Of a stretch of 64,000 bases of DNA, positions 1 to 9,710 are shown piece after piece. Source of the DNA: an uncultured Spirochaetota bacterium (lineage in GTDB: Bacteria > Spirochaetota > Brevinematia > Brevinematales > JAOACQ01); assembly GCA_963835575.1 (NCBI GenBank), contig CAWIGG010000002.1, positions 224,001 to 288,000 on the forward strand, written 5' to 3'. The translations under genes and the position numbers were made by a program. Within the stretch, counting starts at the first letter, position 1. Every line of letters starts with the position of its first letter. The notes beneath the pieces are model-generated. The model was not told the DNA's origin. It saw only the letters and a list, made by a program, of their open reading frames with translations, and searched no databases.

Positions 1-2
1 AC

Positions 3-1322
3 CTTCTCTACGGCGCTCTTCCCGGCGGTCCGGATTCCAGCGATAATTACACCGATGATGTGGAACAATATGTTTACACCGAAGTCGGGATCGATTATAA
101 CGCCGGTCTTGTCGGGGCTCTGGCTGCCCTGACGAAAACATACGGCGCCTCCCAGAGCCCTGAGGCTACTCCCGGCATTGAATCTACCAACGCGCCATGT
201 TATGTCACCGCTTATGTGATGAATGAGGCCTCCGACCATTCGACAATCAGGGCGTTTTTCCACAATGATTCCGTGCTGCCGCCTCATTATGAAAATCAGC
301 TGTCCTTCCGTTATTTCTTTAATTTAAGCGAATATTTCGCCCAGGGTCTGAACGCCAGTGCAGTAACCTCATCCATATTCTACTCGGCCTTAAGCGGAGG
401 GACCCTGACTGCCCCGACCGTATGGGATGACGCGAATCATATATATTATGTTGAAGCCAGCATTGCCGGATCAGATTTGTACGGCAAAGCCGAATTTCAG
501 TTCTCGCTGGCGTCCTACGGCGCCGCTATCTGGGATCCGTCCAATGATTTTTCCAGGACTGGGCTTTCAACTGCAACTAATGACATAATAGCAACCAATA
601 TTGCTGTTTATAGAAACGGCGTCAAAATATTCGGGAATGAGGCGCCCAAGGGCGCCACTTCCAGCAGTACGGCGTCTTCTGCTGCCGTCAGCTCGAGCCT
701 GGCCGCATCCAGTGCGGCTTCAAGCGTTGCCAGCAGTGTTGCCTCATCGGCTGCTGTGAGTTCGAGCCTGGCCGCATCCAGCGTCGCTTCTTCTGCGGCA
801 GTCAGTTCGAGCAGGTCTTCCGCAGCGAGCAGCGTGGTATCCAGCGCCGCATCTTCAGCGGCTATCAGTTCCAGCAGATCAAGCGTAGCATCTTCTGCAG
901 CGGTTAGCTCGAGCCGGTCGAGCGTCGCATCCTCTATTGCTGTGAGTTCGAGCCTGGCCGCATCCAGTGTTGCTTCCAGCACAGCTGCTTCATCCGGCAG
1001 CGGATACGCTGTTAATTATACTGTTAATAATGACTGGGGTGCGGGCGCTACATGCACAGTGACAATAAAGAACAATTCTGCCACAGCCCTTTCGAGCTGG
1101 TCTCTTGTCTGGACATTTGCGGGAAATCAGCAGATCACTCAGATCTGGAGCGCTGCGCAGACAACCAGCGGCGAGACAGTTACGGCCGTCAATCTCAGCT
1201 ATAACGGCACGATCGGCGCGAGCGGCGGGACTCTGAGCTTCGGATTAAATTTAAGCTACAGCGGAGCGAACGCAAAGCCGACGGCGTTTACACTGAACGG
1301 GACGGCATGCACACTCTATTAA
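3..1322 (+). CDS. GH9 cellulase, 5'-truncated by the window edge: GH9 C-terminus + CBM3c-like module + Ser/Ala linker + CBM2
   Basis: Frame is open from base 3 (LLYGALPGGPDSSDNYTDDVEQYVYTEVGIDYNAGLVGALAAL), the GH9 C-terminal catalytic-acid motif; then SFRYFFNLSE...WDPSNDFS (CBM3-like); ends in CBM2. Confidence 0.85.
   Translation, partial: LLYGALPGGPDSSDNYTDDVEQYVYTEVGIDYNAGLVGALAALTKTYGASQSPEATPGIESTNAPCYVTAYVMNEASDHSTIRAFFHNDSVLPPHYENQLSFRYFFNLSEYFAQGLNASAVTSSIFYSALSGGTLTAPTVWDDANHIYYVEASIAGSDLYGKAEFQFSLASYGAAIWDPSNDFSRTGLSTATNDIIATNIAVYRNGVKIFGNEAPKGATSSSTASSAAVSSSLAASSAASSVASSVASSAAVSSSLAASSVASSAAVSSSRSSAASSVVSSAASSAAISSSRSSVASSAAVSSSRSSVASSIAVSSSLAASSVASSTAASSGSGYAVNYTVNNDWGAGATCTVTIKNNSATALSSWSLVWTFAGNQQITQIWSAAQTTSGETVTAVNLSYNGTIGASGGTLSFGLNLSYSGANAKPTAFTLNGTACTLY
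1002..1322 (+). repeat. CBM2-encoding C-terminal module, first of 11 near-identical 321-bp copies; the others start at 2976, 5108, 7035, 9168, 11316, 13665, 16918, 19031, 39796 and 43549
   Basis: Each copy reads GYAVNY.V.NDWG.GAT...FTLNG.AC..Y-stop, 106 aa without indels; Trp pattern typical of CBM2. Confidence 0.92.
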
Positions 1323-1345
1323 ATTTAAAATCTTTATTTTGATCT

Positions 1346-1382
1346 AAATATACCGTCCTTCGTTATGAAGGGCGGTATATTT
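1346..1382 (+). terminator. Intergenic stem-loop (terminator or mRNA stabiliser)
   Basis: aaatataccgtccttc-gttat-gaagggcggtatattt inverted repeat between genes 1 and 2. Confidence 0.6.
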
Positions 1383-1403
1383 CCATACAGGGAGAAAAGT
1401 TTT

Positions 1404-3296
1404 ATGAACATGAGACAAAAATCACAATTATCAAAAAGTATTATCCTGATTTTTCTGGCTTTAATAATGGGCTCCTGTACGGTTTTATCACCGGACCACG
1501 TTAATAGCGGCAGTCAGATAAATAATAATACTGAGAGAGCAACGGACATGAATAGTTTTGTCAAGACTTCCGGAACGCAGTTTGTCGTCAGCGGGAAAAC
1601 TTTTTATTTTAACGGGGCCAACCAGTATTATCTGTTCTACAAATCCCATGCCATGGTTACCGAGGTTATCACCGATGCCGCCGCTCTGGGACTTACCGTT
1701 ATCAGGACCTGGGGTTTCTGCGACGGAGCGCCAAAGGACAACAACTTCGGCTTCCAGCAGAGCGCCGGGGTTTATGATGAGGCGACATTCAAACAGATGG
1801 ATTTTACGATCAATACCTGCAAACAATACGGCATCCGTCTGGTTATCCCGCTGGTCAATAACTGGGACGATATGGGCGGTATGGACCAGTATGTCATATG
1901 GGCAGGAGCTTCAGCTCATGACGATTTTTACACAAACGTGCAGTGCCGGACCCTTTATAAGAGCTATGTCAATTATTTTTTGAACAGGACGAATTCTATA
2001 ACGGGAGTCGTGTATAAAAACGATCCCACCATCATGATGTGGGAACTGGCCAATGAGCCCCGCTGCGACAGCGACATGACCGGCATGAAGCTGAGCAACT
2101 GGATCAATGAAATGGCCGGTTATATCAAGAGCATCGATCAGAACCATCTGGTTTCGATCGGTTCAGAAGGATTTTTCAAGGGGGTCGGATACGGCTATCT
2201 TTATGACGGCTCTTCGGGATGTGATTTTGTCGGCCATAACAGGATCCAGTATATTGACGCGTGTTCCGCTCATCTTTATCCATCCAGCTGGGGCATTTCC
2301 ACGAACGATGCCGTCAACTGGATCATTATGGGGGCGACGAACGCTCATGTCACAGTAGGCAAGCCGTATTATCTGGGTGAATTCGGTTATCCGGATCATA
2401 CCGCGCGCAATCAGATTTATCAGGACTGGTACAATACGCTTTATGCTTACAACGCGGACGGGGCCATGTTCTGGCTTCTGAGCGGCCATCAGGATGACGG
2501 TTCCCTCTATCCGGACTATGACGGTTTTACCGTCTATTATCCCCAGGACACAAATACATGCGCCGTTATATCGGCATACTCCGTCAAGGCAAACGCCGAA
2601 ACCGGGCAAACCCCGGCTTCCGCGGCCAGCAGTACTGCTGTATCTTCTGTCAGTTCGAGCCGGTCTTCCAGCAGTGCGAGCAGCGCAGTTTCCTCGTCAG
2701 TCATTTCCAGCCGCTCGAGCTCGAGCGCGGCAATTTCATCGGCAGTCAGTTCGAGCCGGTCGAGCGTTGCATCCTCAATTGCCGTAAGTTCGAGCCATTC
2801 CAGTGCAGCTTCTTCTGCGGCTGTGAGTTCGAGCAGATCGAGCGTAGCATCTTCAGTTGCGGTAAGCTCCAGCCGGTCGAGCGTAGCTTCTTCAGCAGCA
2901 GTCAGCTCAAGCCTTGCCGCATCCAGTGTTGCAGCTTCTAGCGTGGCTTCCAGCACAGCAGTTTCATCAGGCAGCGGATATGCAGTTAATTACACCGTCA
3001 ACAATGACTGGGGTGCGGGCGCAACATGCACAGTGACGATTAAGAACAATAGCGCGACAGCCCTCAGCAGCTGGTCTCTTGTCTGGACTTTTGCAGGCAA
3101 CCAGGCTATAACCCAGATATGGAGCGCCAGTCAGACTACCAGCGGTGAAACAGTGACTGCCGTGAATTTAAGCTACAACGGTACGATCGGCGCGAGCGGC
3201 GGGACTCAGAGCTTTGGCTTCAATCTGAGCTACAGCGGATCCAATGCAAAACCGGCTTCGTTCACTTTGAATGGGTCGGCGTGCACGCTTTATTAA
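1404..3296 (+). CDS. GH5 (subfamily 7-like) beta-mannanase lipoprotein + linker + CBM2
   Basis: GANQYY, IRTWGFCDG, LVNNWDDMGG, WELANEPR (acid/base), YLGEFG (nucleophile), FWLL; GGAG RBS before ATG 1404; lipobox-like MGSC. Confidence 0.88.
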   Translation: MNMRQKSQLSKSIILIFLALIMGSCTVLSPDHVNSGSQINNNTERATDMNSFVKTSGTQFVVSGKTFYFNGANQYYLFYKSHAMVTEVITDAAALGLTVIRTWGFCDGAPKDNNFGFQQSAGVYDEATFKQMDFTINTCKQYGIRLVIPLVNNWDDMGGMDQYVIWAGASAHDDFYTNVQCRTLYKSYVNYFLNRTNSITGVVYKNDPTIMMWELANEPRCDSDMTGMKLSNWINEMAGYIKSIDQNHLVSIGSEGFFKGVGYGYLYDGSSGCDFVGHNRIQYIDACSAHLYPSSWGISTNDAVNWIIMGATNAHVTVGKPYYLGEFGYPDHTARNQIYQDWYNTLYAYNADGAMFWLLSGHQDDGSLYPDYDGFTVYYPQDTNTCAVISAYSVKANAETGQTPASAASSTAVSSVSSSRSSSSASSAVSSSVISSRSSSSAAISSAVSSSRSSVASSIAVSSSHSSAASSAAVSSSRSSVASSVAVSSSRSSVASSAAVSSSLAASSVAASSVASSTAVSSGSGYAVNYTVNNDWGAGATCTVTIKNNSATALSSWSLVWTFAGNQAITQIWSASQTTSGETVTAVNLSYNGTIGASGGTQSFGFNLSYSGSNAKPASFTLNGSACTLY

Positions 3297-3463
3297 GGGC
3301 AGTTCTAAAAACTCACATTTTTAGAACTGCCGACCTTGTTTTAGATCATGCGGCCGCTGAGTTCGCGCGGCGAACTCCACGCGGCAGCGATAGTTACAAA
3401 AACAAGGAATTTATTTTATAGGGGGCAGTTCCAAAAACTTAAGGTTTTTGGAACTGCCCTTAA
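3293..3463. mobile_element. MITE-like non-coding element with TTAAGGGCAGTTC terminal inverted repeats and two internal hairpins
   Basis: ttaagggcagttc (3293) ... gaactgcccttaa (3463); hairpins ggcagttctaaaaa/tttttagaactgcc and gggcagttccaaaaac/gtttttggaactgccc; related copies at 59747-59786 and 63829-63841. Confidence 0.55.
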
Positions 3464-3643
3464 GTGAAATTTCCGGAAATATTTCCGGTTTTTTATGATG
3501 GGATAGAAGAATATTTATAATGAGAAAAAGTTAATAATAGATAAGTCATTCAGCCCTGTCCGGGCCGGTGCCGCATCCCCCCCCGACCGCGGTATTCGGT
3601 TCCGGACCGGGCGAAAATGACGGATAAAAAATGGAGGAACATT

Positions 3644-5428
3644 ATGTCAGGGAAAAAATCAGGAAAACTTTTCTGTCTGTTTTTAGCAGGCGTGTTTTTT
3701 GTTCTTCAATATGCAGGCTGTTCTTTACAGTTACCGCAGGATTCCGGAACGCAGAGTCTGATGGTTAATCAGCCCAGAGCGACCGTCAGCAGTGTCGGAC
3801 GTCTGACAGGCATCAACTGGTTCGGCTTTGAGACCAGCGCTTACTGCCCGCATGGACTGTATATCAGGGATTATAAATCCATGCTGAAACAAATCAAGGA
3901 TCTGGGATTCAACTGTATCCGCCTGCCGTGGTGCAACGATATGCTGACTCAGACCACCCCTCCCTCGTCCATTCAAATCAACACAAATGAAAGAACGGAT
4001 GCCTATACCGGCCTGCATAACCTGAATGCCGATCTCGCCGGTTTGTCCCCTATACAGGTCATGGACAAGGTAATTGATGAAGCTACCAGAGTCGACGGTC
4101 TTAAGATCATTCTGGACTGCCATTCGCATACTGTTGACAACTATAATAATGAACCTTTATGGTACACATCATCCTGTTCAGAAAGTAAAGCGATTTCCGA
4201 TTGGGTCTTACTTATTAACCGTTATAAGAATAACCCCTATGTCTGCGGAGCAGACCTCAAAAACGAACCCCATGGCAATATGGGCTCATCCGGTATGAAG
4301 CCTCCCGCCACCTGGGGTTATGACGAGCCCGGTCAGGGAACAACAGACTGGAAAGCGGCCGCTGAAAGGATCGGTACCGCCATCCTTAACGCCAATCCCA
4401 ATATGATCATCATCGTGGAAGGCGTGGAATGCTATTACAATTATCCGACCGACACAGTCACCAATTTCTTCTGGTGGGGCGGCGAATTATCAGGCGTTGC
4501 CGACCATCCTATCACCGCTATTCCTTCCGCTCAGCTAATGTATTCGGCGCATGAATATGGTCCTCATGTGTATAACCAGCCCTGGTTTCAGGATTCGACT
4601 TTCCCGAATAATATGCCGGCCATCTGGGACAAGCACTATTATTTCATCAAGAAGAATGGAATCGGCTCTCTCTTCTTTGGTGAATTCGGTATTATGGAAT
4701 CTGAAGTTGACGCCGGCGGCGTGGCAGCCACATGGTATAAGAACTTTATGGCTTATATCGGAACCGCCAACAGCTGGACATTCTGGTGCATCAATCCCGA
4801 CTCAGGAGACACCGGCGGTATATTACAGAGCGACTGGGTTACGGTAGAAACGGGTAAATATAATATATTAAAGCCTTATCTGGCCGCTCAATTCTCTCCT
4901 CTCGGCGGCGGATCAAGTTCATCTTCCTCCTCTGTCGCGGCGAGTTCGAGCCTGGCCGCATCCAGCGTTGCGTCTTCGGTAACAGTCAGCTCCAGCCGTT
5001 CGAGCGCCGCTTCATCTATAGCTGTCAGCTCGAGCCGGGCCGCATCCAGTGTGGCTTCCAGTGTTGCGGTTTCCAGTATAGCTTCCAGCACAGCCGCTTC
5101 ATCAGGCGGTTACGCTGTTAATTACACAGTCAATAATGACTGGGGCGCAGGAGCTACGTGCACAGTAACAGTTAAGAATAACAGTGCGGCGGCTCTTTCC
5201 AGCTGGTCTCTTGTCTGGACATTCGCGGGCAATCAGCAGATTACGCAGATCTGGAGCGCTTCTCAAACGACCAGCGGCGAAACGGTAACAGCCGTCAATC
5301 TCAGTTACAACGGTGCGATAGGAGCGAACGGCGGGACACAGAGCTTCGGCTTTAATCTGAGCTACAGCGGTTCCAACGCCAAACCCGCGGCTTTTACTCT
5401 GAATGGGACAGCTTGTACAACTTATTGA
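3644..5428 (+). CDS. GH5 subfamily 1-like endoglucanase lipoprotein + linker + CBM2
   Basis: GINWFGFET, GFNCIRLP, DLKNEPH, HEYGP, FGEFG, WTFWCINPDSGDTGG (E1/Cel5A-type motifs); GGAGG RBS before 3644. Confidence 0.92.
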   Translation: MSGKKSGKLFCLFLAGVFFVLQYAGCSLQLPQDSGTQSLMVNQPRATVSSVGRLTGINWFGFETSAYCPHGLYIRDYKSMLKQIKDLGFNCIRLPWCNDMLTQTTPPSSIQINTNERTDAYTGLHNLNADLAGLSPIQVMDKVIDEATRVDGLKIILDCHSHTVDNYNNEPLWYTSSCSESKAISDWVLLINRYKNNPYVCGADLKNEPHGNMGSSGMKPPATWGYDEPGQGTTDWKAAAERIGTAILNANPNMIIIVEGVECYYNYPTDTVTNFFWWGGELSGVADHPITAIPSAQLMYSAHEYGPHVYNQPWFQDSTFPNNMPAIWDKHYYFIKKNGIGSLFFGEFGIMESEVDAGGVAATWYKNFMAYIGTANSWTFWCINPDSGDTGGILQSDWVTVETGKYNILKPYLAAQFSPLGGGSSSSSSSVAASSSLAASSVASSVTVSSSRSSAASSIAVSSSRAASSVASSVAVSSIASSTAASSGGYAVNYTVNNDWGAGATCTVTVKNNSAAALSSWSLVWTFAGNQQITQIWSASQTTSGETVTAVNLSYNGAIGANGGTQSFGFNLSYSGSNAKPAAFTLNGTACTTY

Positions 5429-5448
5429 TCAGAATAAAAAATTCCGGT

Positions 5449-5477
5449 AAAAAGGTTGAGGCTTTCCCCGGCCTTTT
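5449..5477 (+). terminator. Intergenic stem-loop
   Basis: aaaaaggttgagg-cttt-ccccggccttttt imperfect hairpin. Confidence 0.4.
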
Positions 5478-5513
5478 TGCTCATCTCATAAATAAAAAAA
5501 ATGGAGGAACATT

Positions 5514-7355
5514 ATGTCAGGAAAAAAATCAGGAAAATTCTTCTGTCTATTTTTAGCAGGCGCGTTTTTTGTTCTTTATTTTGCCGCTTGTTCTATACAG
5601 CCTGCACAGGATTCCGGGGCGCGTAGTCCGGCGGTCTTTCAGACCAGGGCGACAGTCACTGTCAATAACGTGGGAAGGCTGACCGGTGTGAACTGGTTCG
5701 GCTTTGAAACAGGGAATCTCTGTCCCCATGGTCTCTGGTCGAGAGACTACAAATCCATGCTCAAGCAGATTAAAGACCTGGGCTTTAACTGCATCCGTTT
5801 GCCCTGGTGTATTCCCGCGCTGACGGGAAGTCCGTCCAGTATCCAGATCAATGTTTACGGGATAGATGCCTACACAGGCCAGACTAATTTAAATGCCGAT
5901 CTGAGCGGTCTATCCTCTATTCAGGTTATGGATAAAATCATCGAGGTGGGAACACAGACTTATGGCCTTAAATTTATACTTGACTGTCATTCGCTTGTCG
6001 CCGATCAATACCAGAGCGAACCGTTGTGGTACACTTCCGGCGTTTCGGAAAGCCAATGGATTTCCGCATGGACGACCATTGTCAGCCGTTATGCGAATAA
6101 TTCTTATGTGATCGGATGTGATCTGAAAAATGAGCCGCATGGCAATACCGGCACCGGCTATAAACCCCCTGCGACATGGGGATATCAGGCTTCCGGTTAC
6201 GATGCATCGTCAAGTCCCACCGACTGGAAAGCGGCCGCTGAAAGGTGCGGTAAGGCGATTCTTGCGGTTAATCCCAATATCATTATCATGGTAGAAGGTG
6301 TGGAGCAATATAATAACGATTATTTCTGGTGGGGCGGCAATTTGGAAGGAGTGGCATCAAACCAGATCAGCACTTCCAGTATTCCTGCAAGCCAGTTGAT
6401 GTATTCCTGGCATGAATACGGCCCGGAGGTTTTCAACCAGTCCTATTTCACGAATTCCAGTTTTCCGAACAATATGCCCGCGATCTGGGATCAATTTTAC
6501 TATTTTATCAAAAAGCAGAATATTGCGCCCCTGTATCTTGGGGAGTTCGGCATAACGGAAGCCGGAGTCGACGCCGGTGGAACTGCGGCGACATGGTACA
6601 AGTCTTTAATGGCGTATGTGGGCAGTAATGTCAACTGGACGTTCTGGTGCATAAACCCTGATTCGGGAGATACAGGAGGCATCCTCCAGGATGACTGGGT
6701 CACTGTCAATACGGGCAAATACAATATTCTGAAGCCTTATCTGGCCGCTCAATTTTCACCCCTCGGCGGCGGGTCAAGTTCATCTTCATCCTCTGTTGCA
6801 GCGAGTTCGAGCCTGGCCGCATCCAGCGCTGCGTCTTCGGTAACAGTCAGCTCCAGCCGTTCGAGTGCTGCATCATCAGTTGCTGTGAGCTCCAGCCGGT
6901 CAAGTGCAGCTTCTTCAGTTGCTGTGAGCTCCAGCCGTTCGAGTGTTGCATCATCGGCAGCAGTCAGTTCAAGCCTGGCCGCATCCAGTGCGGCTTCCAG
7001 CGCTGCGTCGAGCGCGGCTTCCAGCACATCCGGCGGTTATGCCGTAAACTACAATGTCTCTAATGATTGGGGCACGGGCGCCACTGTCACGGTGACGATA
7101 AAGAATAATTCTGCCGCGGCCCTCTCGAGCTGGTCTCTTGTCTGGACATTCGCGGGCAATCAGCAGATTACGCAGATCTGGAGCGCTTCTCAAACGACCA
7201 GCGGCGAAACGGTAACAGCCGTCAATCTCAGTTACAACGGCATGATCGGAGCGAACGGCGGGACACTGGCTTTCGGATTTAACCTGAGCTACAGCGGCTC
7301 GAACGCCAAGCCGGCGGCCTTTACCCTGAACGGCACGGCATGTACGTTATATTAA
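5514..7355 (+). CDS. GH5 subfamily 1-like endoglucanase lipoprotein + linker + CBM2 (tandem paralog of 3644)
   Basis: Same motifs (GVNWFGFET, KNEPH, LGEFG, NPDSGDTGG); the RBS context atggaggaacattatgtcagg is identical to that of the preceding gene. Confidence 0.92.
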   Translation: MSGKKSGKFFCLFLAGAFFVLYFAACSIQPAQDSGARSPAVFQTRATVTVNNVGRLTGVNWFGFETGNLCPHGLWSRDYKSMLKQIKDLGFNCIRLPWCIPALTGSPSSIQINVYGIDAYTGQTNLNADLSGLSSIQVMDKIIEVGTQTYGLKFILDCHSLVADQYQSEPLWYTSGVSESQWISAWTTIVSRYANNSYVIGCDLKNEPHGNTGTGYKPPATWGYQASGYDASSSPTDWKAAAERCGKAILAVNPNIIIMVEGVEQYNNDYFWWGGNLEGVASNQISTSSIPASQLMYSWHEYGPEVFNQSYFTNSSFPNNMPAIWDQFYYFIKKQNIAPLYLGEFGITEAGVDAGGTAATWYKSLMAYVGSNVNWTFWCINPDSGDTGGILQDDWVTVNTGKYNILKPYLAAQFSPLGGGSSSSSSSVAASSSLAASSAASSVTVSSSRSSAASSVAVSSSRSSAASSVAVSSSRSSVASSAAVSSSLAASSAASSAASSAASSTSGGYAVNYNVSNDWGTGATVTVTIKNNSAAALSSWSLVWTFAGNQQITQIWSASQTTSGETVTAVNLSYNGMIGANGGTLAFGFNLSYSGSNAKPAAFTLNGTACTLY

Positions 7356-7394
7356 AATCCGTTTCAAAATAAATTGATAAGGAGGAAAATTTTT

Positions 7395-9488
7395 ATGAAA
7401 AAAGCGGGTTTTTTAGTTTTTGCGGGAATAGGCCTCTTACTGTTTTCACTGTACTTTGCTTGCAGCCTGAACCTCGGAGCAAGCAATAACGGTAAAGGCA
7501 ATGCCCCAGGAATAACCATACCCAGGGCCTTTGGCGATAGGATCACGGTCTCCGGCACCCAATTTTTCGCGGGCAGCAGCCGGATTTGGATCAACGGCGC
7601 TAATACGCCATGGAACAGCTGGGATGATATGGGCGGTACTATGGATACTAATTGGTGGAACACTGAGTTTCAAACTCTGCATACTAATGGCATTAATGCC
7701 ACACGCGTCTGGCTCATCTGCAGCGGTGATGTCGGAATTGTTATAGACAGCAGCGGCTATGTCTCAAACGCTACCGCCACTTTCTGGAATCACCTCGACA
7801 GTCTTATGCAGATATGCCAGAATCAACAGGTATATCTTGACGCTACCTTAATATCATTCGATTGTGTTAAGAACAATACTGCCTCTAACTGGAAAAATAT
7901 GTTTAATAGTGACAGCAGTATTGATTCATTTGTCAGTAATTTCTTGATTCCTTTAGTTAACCGTTACAAAAATAATCCCTGGCTCTGGACTATTGATCTA
8001 TGCAATGAACCGGATTGGCTTTTCGAGACTTATGGTATTCCATGGAACCGGATTCAGACATATTTCGCTAAATGCGCTGTAGGAATCCATGCGAACAGCA
8101 GCATCCTGGTCAATGTTGGAATGGCAATAATCAAATATAATAGTACTACATGCGCCGGTGCTCAGGGTAATATGGTAAGCGACGCCTCACTGCAAGCATT
8201 AGTGGGAGGCGATACAAGGGCGAAAGTCGATTTTTGGAATGTTCACTACTATCCCTGGATGGATCCATACTGGCCGGTTCCATTTAACGTGACACCGGTT
8301 GTTTTCGGTCTTGACGCGAGCAAACCGTCGATAGTCGGGGAATGCCCGGCTAAGGATTCGACAAACCATACTATTATAGGGGATTATGAAAATGCTTACC
8401 AGAATGGCTGGCAGGGAGTCATGCCATGGACGGCCAACGGTGTGGATGCTAACGGAGACATCACTACTTTGGGGCCTGCTACCCTGGCATTCCTGGGCAA
8501 TCATTACAGTCTTGTGTTTCCAGGCGGAACTAATAGCAGCTCGTCTAGTTTATCCAGCAGTTCGAGCACTTCGACTTCGCTCAGTGCAAGCTCTGCGTCA
8601 TCGGCTGTTAGTTCAAGCCGTTCGAGTGCCGTATCCAGCACTGTCAGTTCGATCAGCTCGGCAGCAAGCTCTTCGTCCGCTTCCGCACAGTATCTGAATA
8701 TCAATCTTCCCTTTACTAATGATGGAGTAGGAGAATATTACTGGCAGACAAGCGGCACGATTACCAGCATGAACTCATGGAATCTCGATGCTCTGGATGT
8801 GAATGGAACAAGCTTTAAAAACGTTTATGTCAGCGGCAGCGGCCTGCCCGCGAAGCAGAACGGGTACTACTATATTCACTATAAAGGCTCCTATTCCTAC
8901 AGTCACGTTGAAATTGCCGGCTCCGGAACGGTAAGCAGCAGCTCCGTTACCTCGGCCGCAAGCAGTTCGAGTTCTGTGTCATCCGCGGCGAGTTCGAGCC
9001 TGGCCGCATCCAGCGCTGCGTCTTCGGTAACAGTCAGCTCCAGCCGGTCAAGTGCAGCTTCTTCAGTTGCTGTGAGCTCCAGCCGTTCGAGTGTTGCATC
9101 ATCGGTAGCAGTCAGTTCCAGCCTGGCTGCATCCAGTGTGGCTTCCAGCGCCGCATCGAGCGCGGGAGGATACGCTGTGAATTACAATGTCTCTAATGAT
9201 TGGGGCGCGGGCGCCACAGTCACGGTAACGATAAAGAATAATTCTGCCGCAGCCCTTTCGAGCTGGTCTCTTGTCTGGACATTCGCTGGTAATCAGGCGA
9301 TCACTCAGATCTGGAGCGCTTCTCAAACGACCAGCGGCGAAACGGTAACAGCCGTCAATCTCAGTTACAATGGTGCGATCGGAGCGAACGGCGGGACACT
9401 GGCTTTCGGATTTAACTTGAGCTACAGCGGTTCCAACGCCAAACCGACGGCTTTCACGCTGAATGGAACGGCATGTTCAACATATTGA
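7395..9488 (+). CDS. GH5-type hydrolase (GH5_10 mannanase-like) + CBM64 + CBM2, lipoprotein
   Basis: NGANTPW, RVWL, DLCNEPDW, VHYY, IVGECP, MPW; internal module LPFTNDGVGEYYWQ...NSWNLDALDVNG...GYYYIHY...HVEI matches the CBM64 pattern. Confidence 0.75.
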   Translation: MKKAGFLVFAGIGLLLFSLYFACSLNLGASNNGKGNAPGITIPRAFGDRITVSGTQFFAGSSRIWINGANTPWNSWDDMGGTMDTNWWNTEFQTLHTNGINATRVWLICSGDVGIVIDSSGYVSNATATFWNHLDSLMQICQNQQVYLDATLISFDCVKNNTASNWKNMFNSDSSIDSFVSNFLIPLVNRYKNNPWLWTIDLCNEPDWLFETYGIPWNRIQTYFAKCAVGIHANSSILVNVGMAIIKYNSTTCAGAQGNMVSDASLQALVGGDTRAKVDFWNVHYYPWMDPYWPVPFNVTPVVFGLDASKPSIVGECPAKDSTNHTIIGDYENAYQNGWQGVMPWTANGVDANGDITTLGPATLAFLGNHYSLVFPGGTNSSSSSLSSSSSTSTSLSASSASSAVSSSRSSAVSSTVSSISSAASSSSASAQYLNINLPFTNDGVGEYYWQTSGTITSMNSWNLDALDVNGTSFKNVYVSGSGLPAKQNGYYYIHYKGSYSYSHVEIAGSGTVSSSSVTSAASSSSSVSSAASSSLAASSAASSVTVSSSRSSAASSVAVSSSRSSVASSVAVSSSLAASSVASSAASSAGGYAVNYNVSNDWGAGATVTVTIKNNSAAALSSWSLVWTFAGNQAITQIWSASQTTSGETVTAVNLSYNGAIGANGGTLAFGFNLSYSGSNAKPTAFTLNGTACSTY

Positions 9489-9499
9489 TAATATGAATA

Positions 9500-9530
9500 T
9501 TCTGGGCTGGCGGATTACGTCAGCCCGGAA
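9500..9530 (+). terminator. Stem-loop after gene, homologous to 11651-11677
   Basis: ttctgggctggcg-gatta-cgtcagcccggaa. Confidence 0.6.
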
Positions 9531-9710
9531 ATATAAAAAGTGAAGAATTGAGAAGAAATCACACTTCAGTATAAACACGTGTTTATAGAAAAAGTATGAA
9601 CGGACAGGTTCATTTCTAAGGCCTGAACTGAAGGCTATTCGTTTTTCATGTGAGGTTAAAAAAAGATTAAATTTTTCATCTCAATAAAAAATAATCGAAA
9701 GGAGGTTTTT

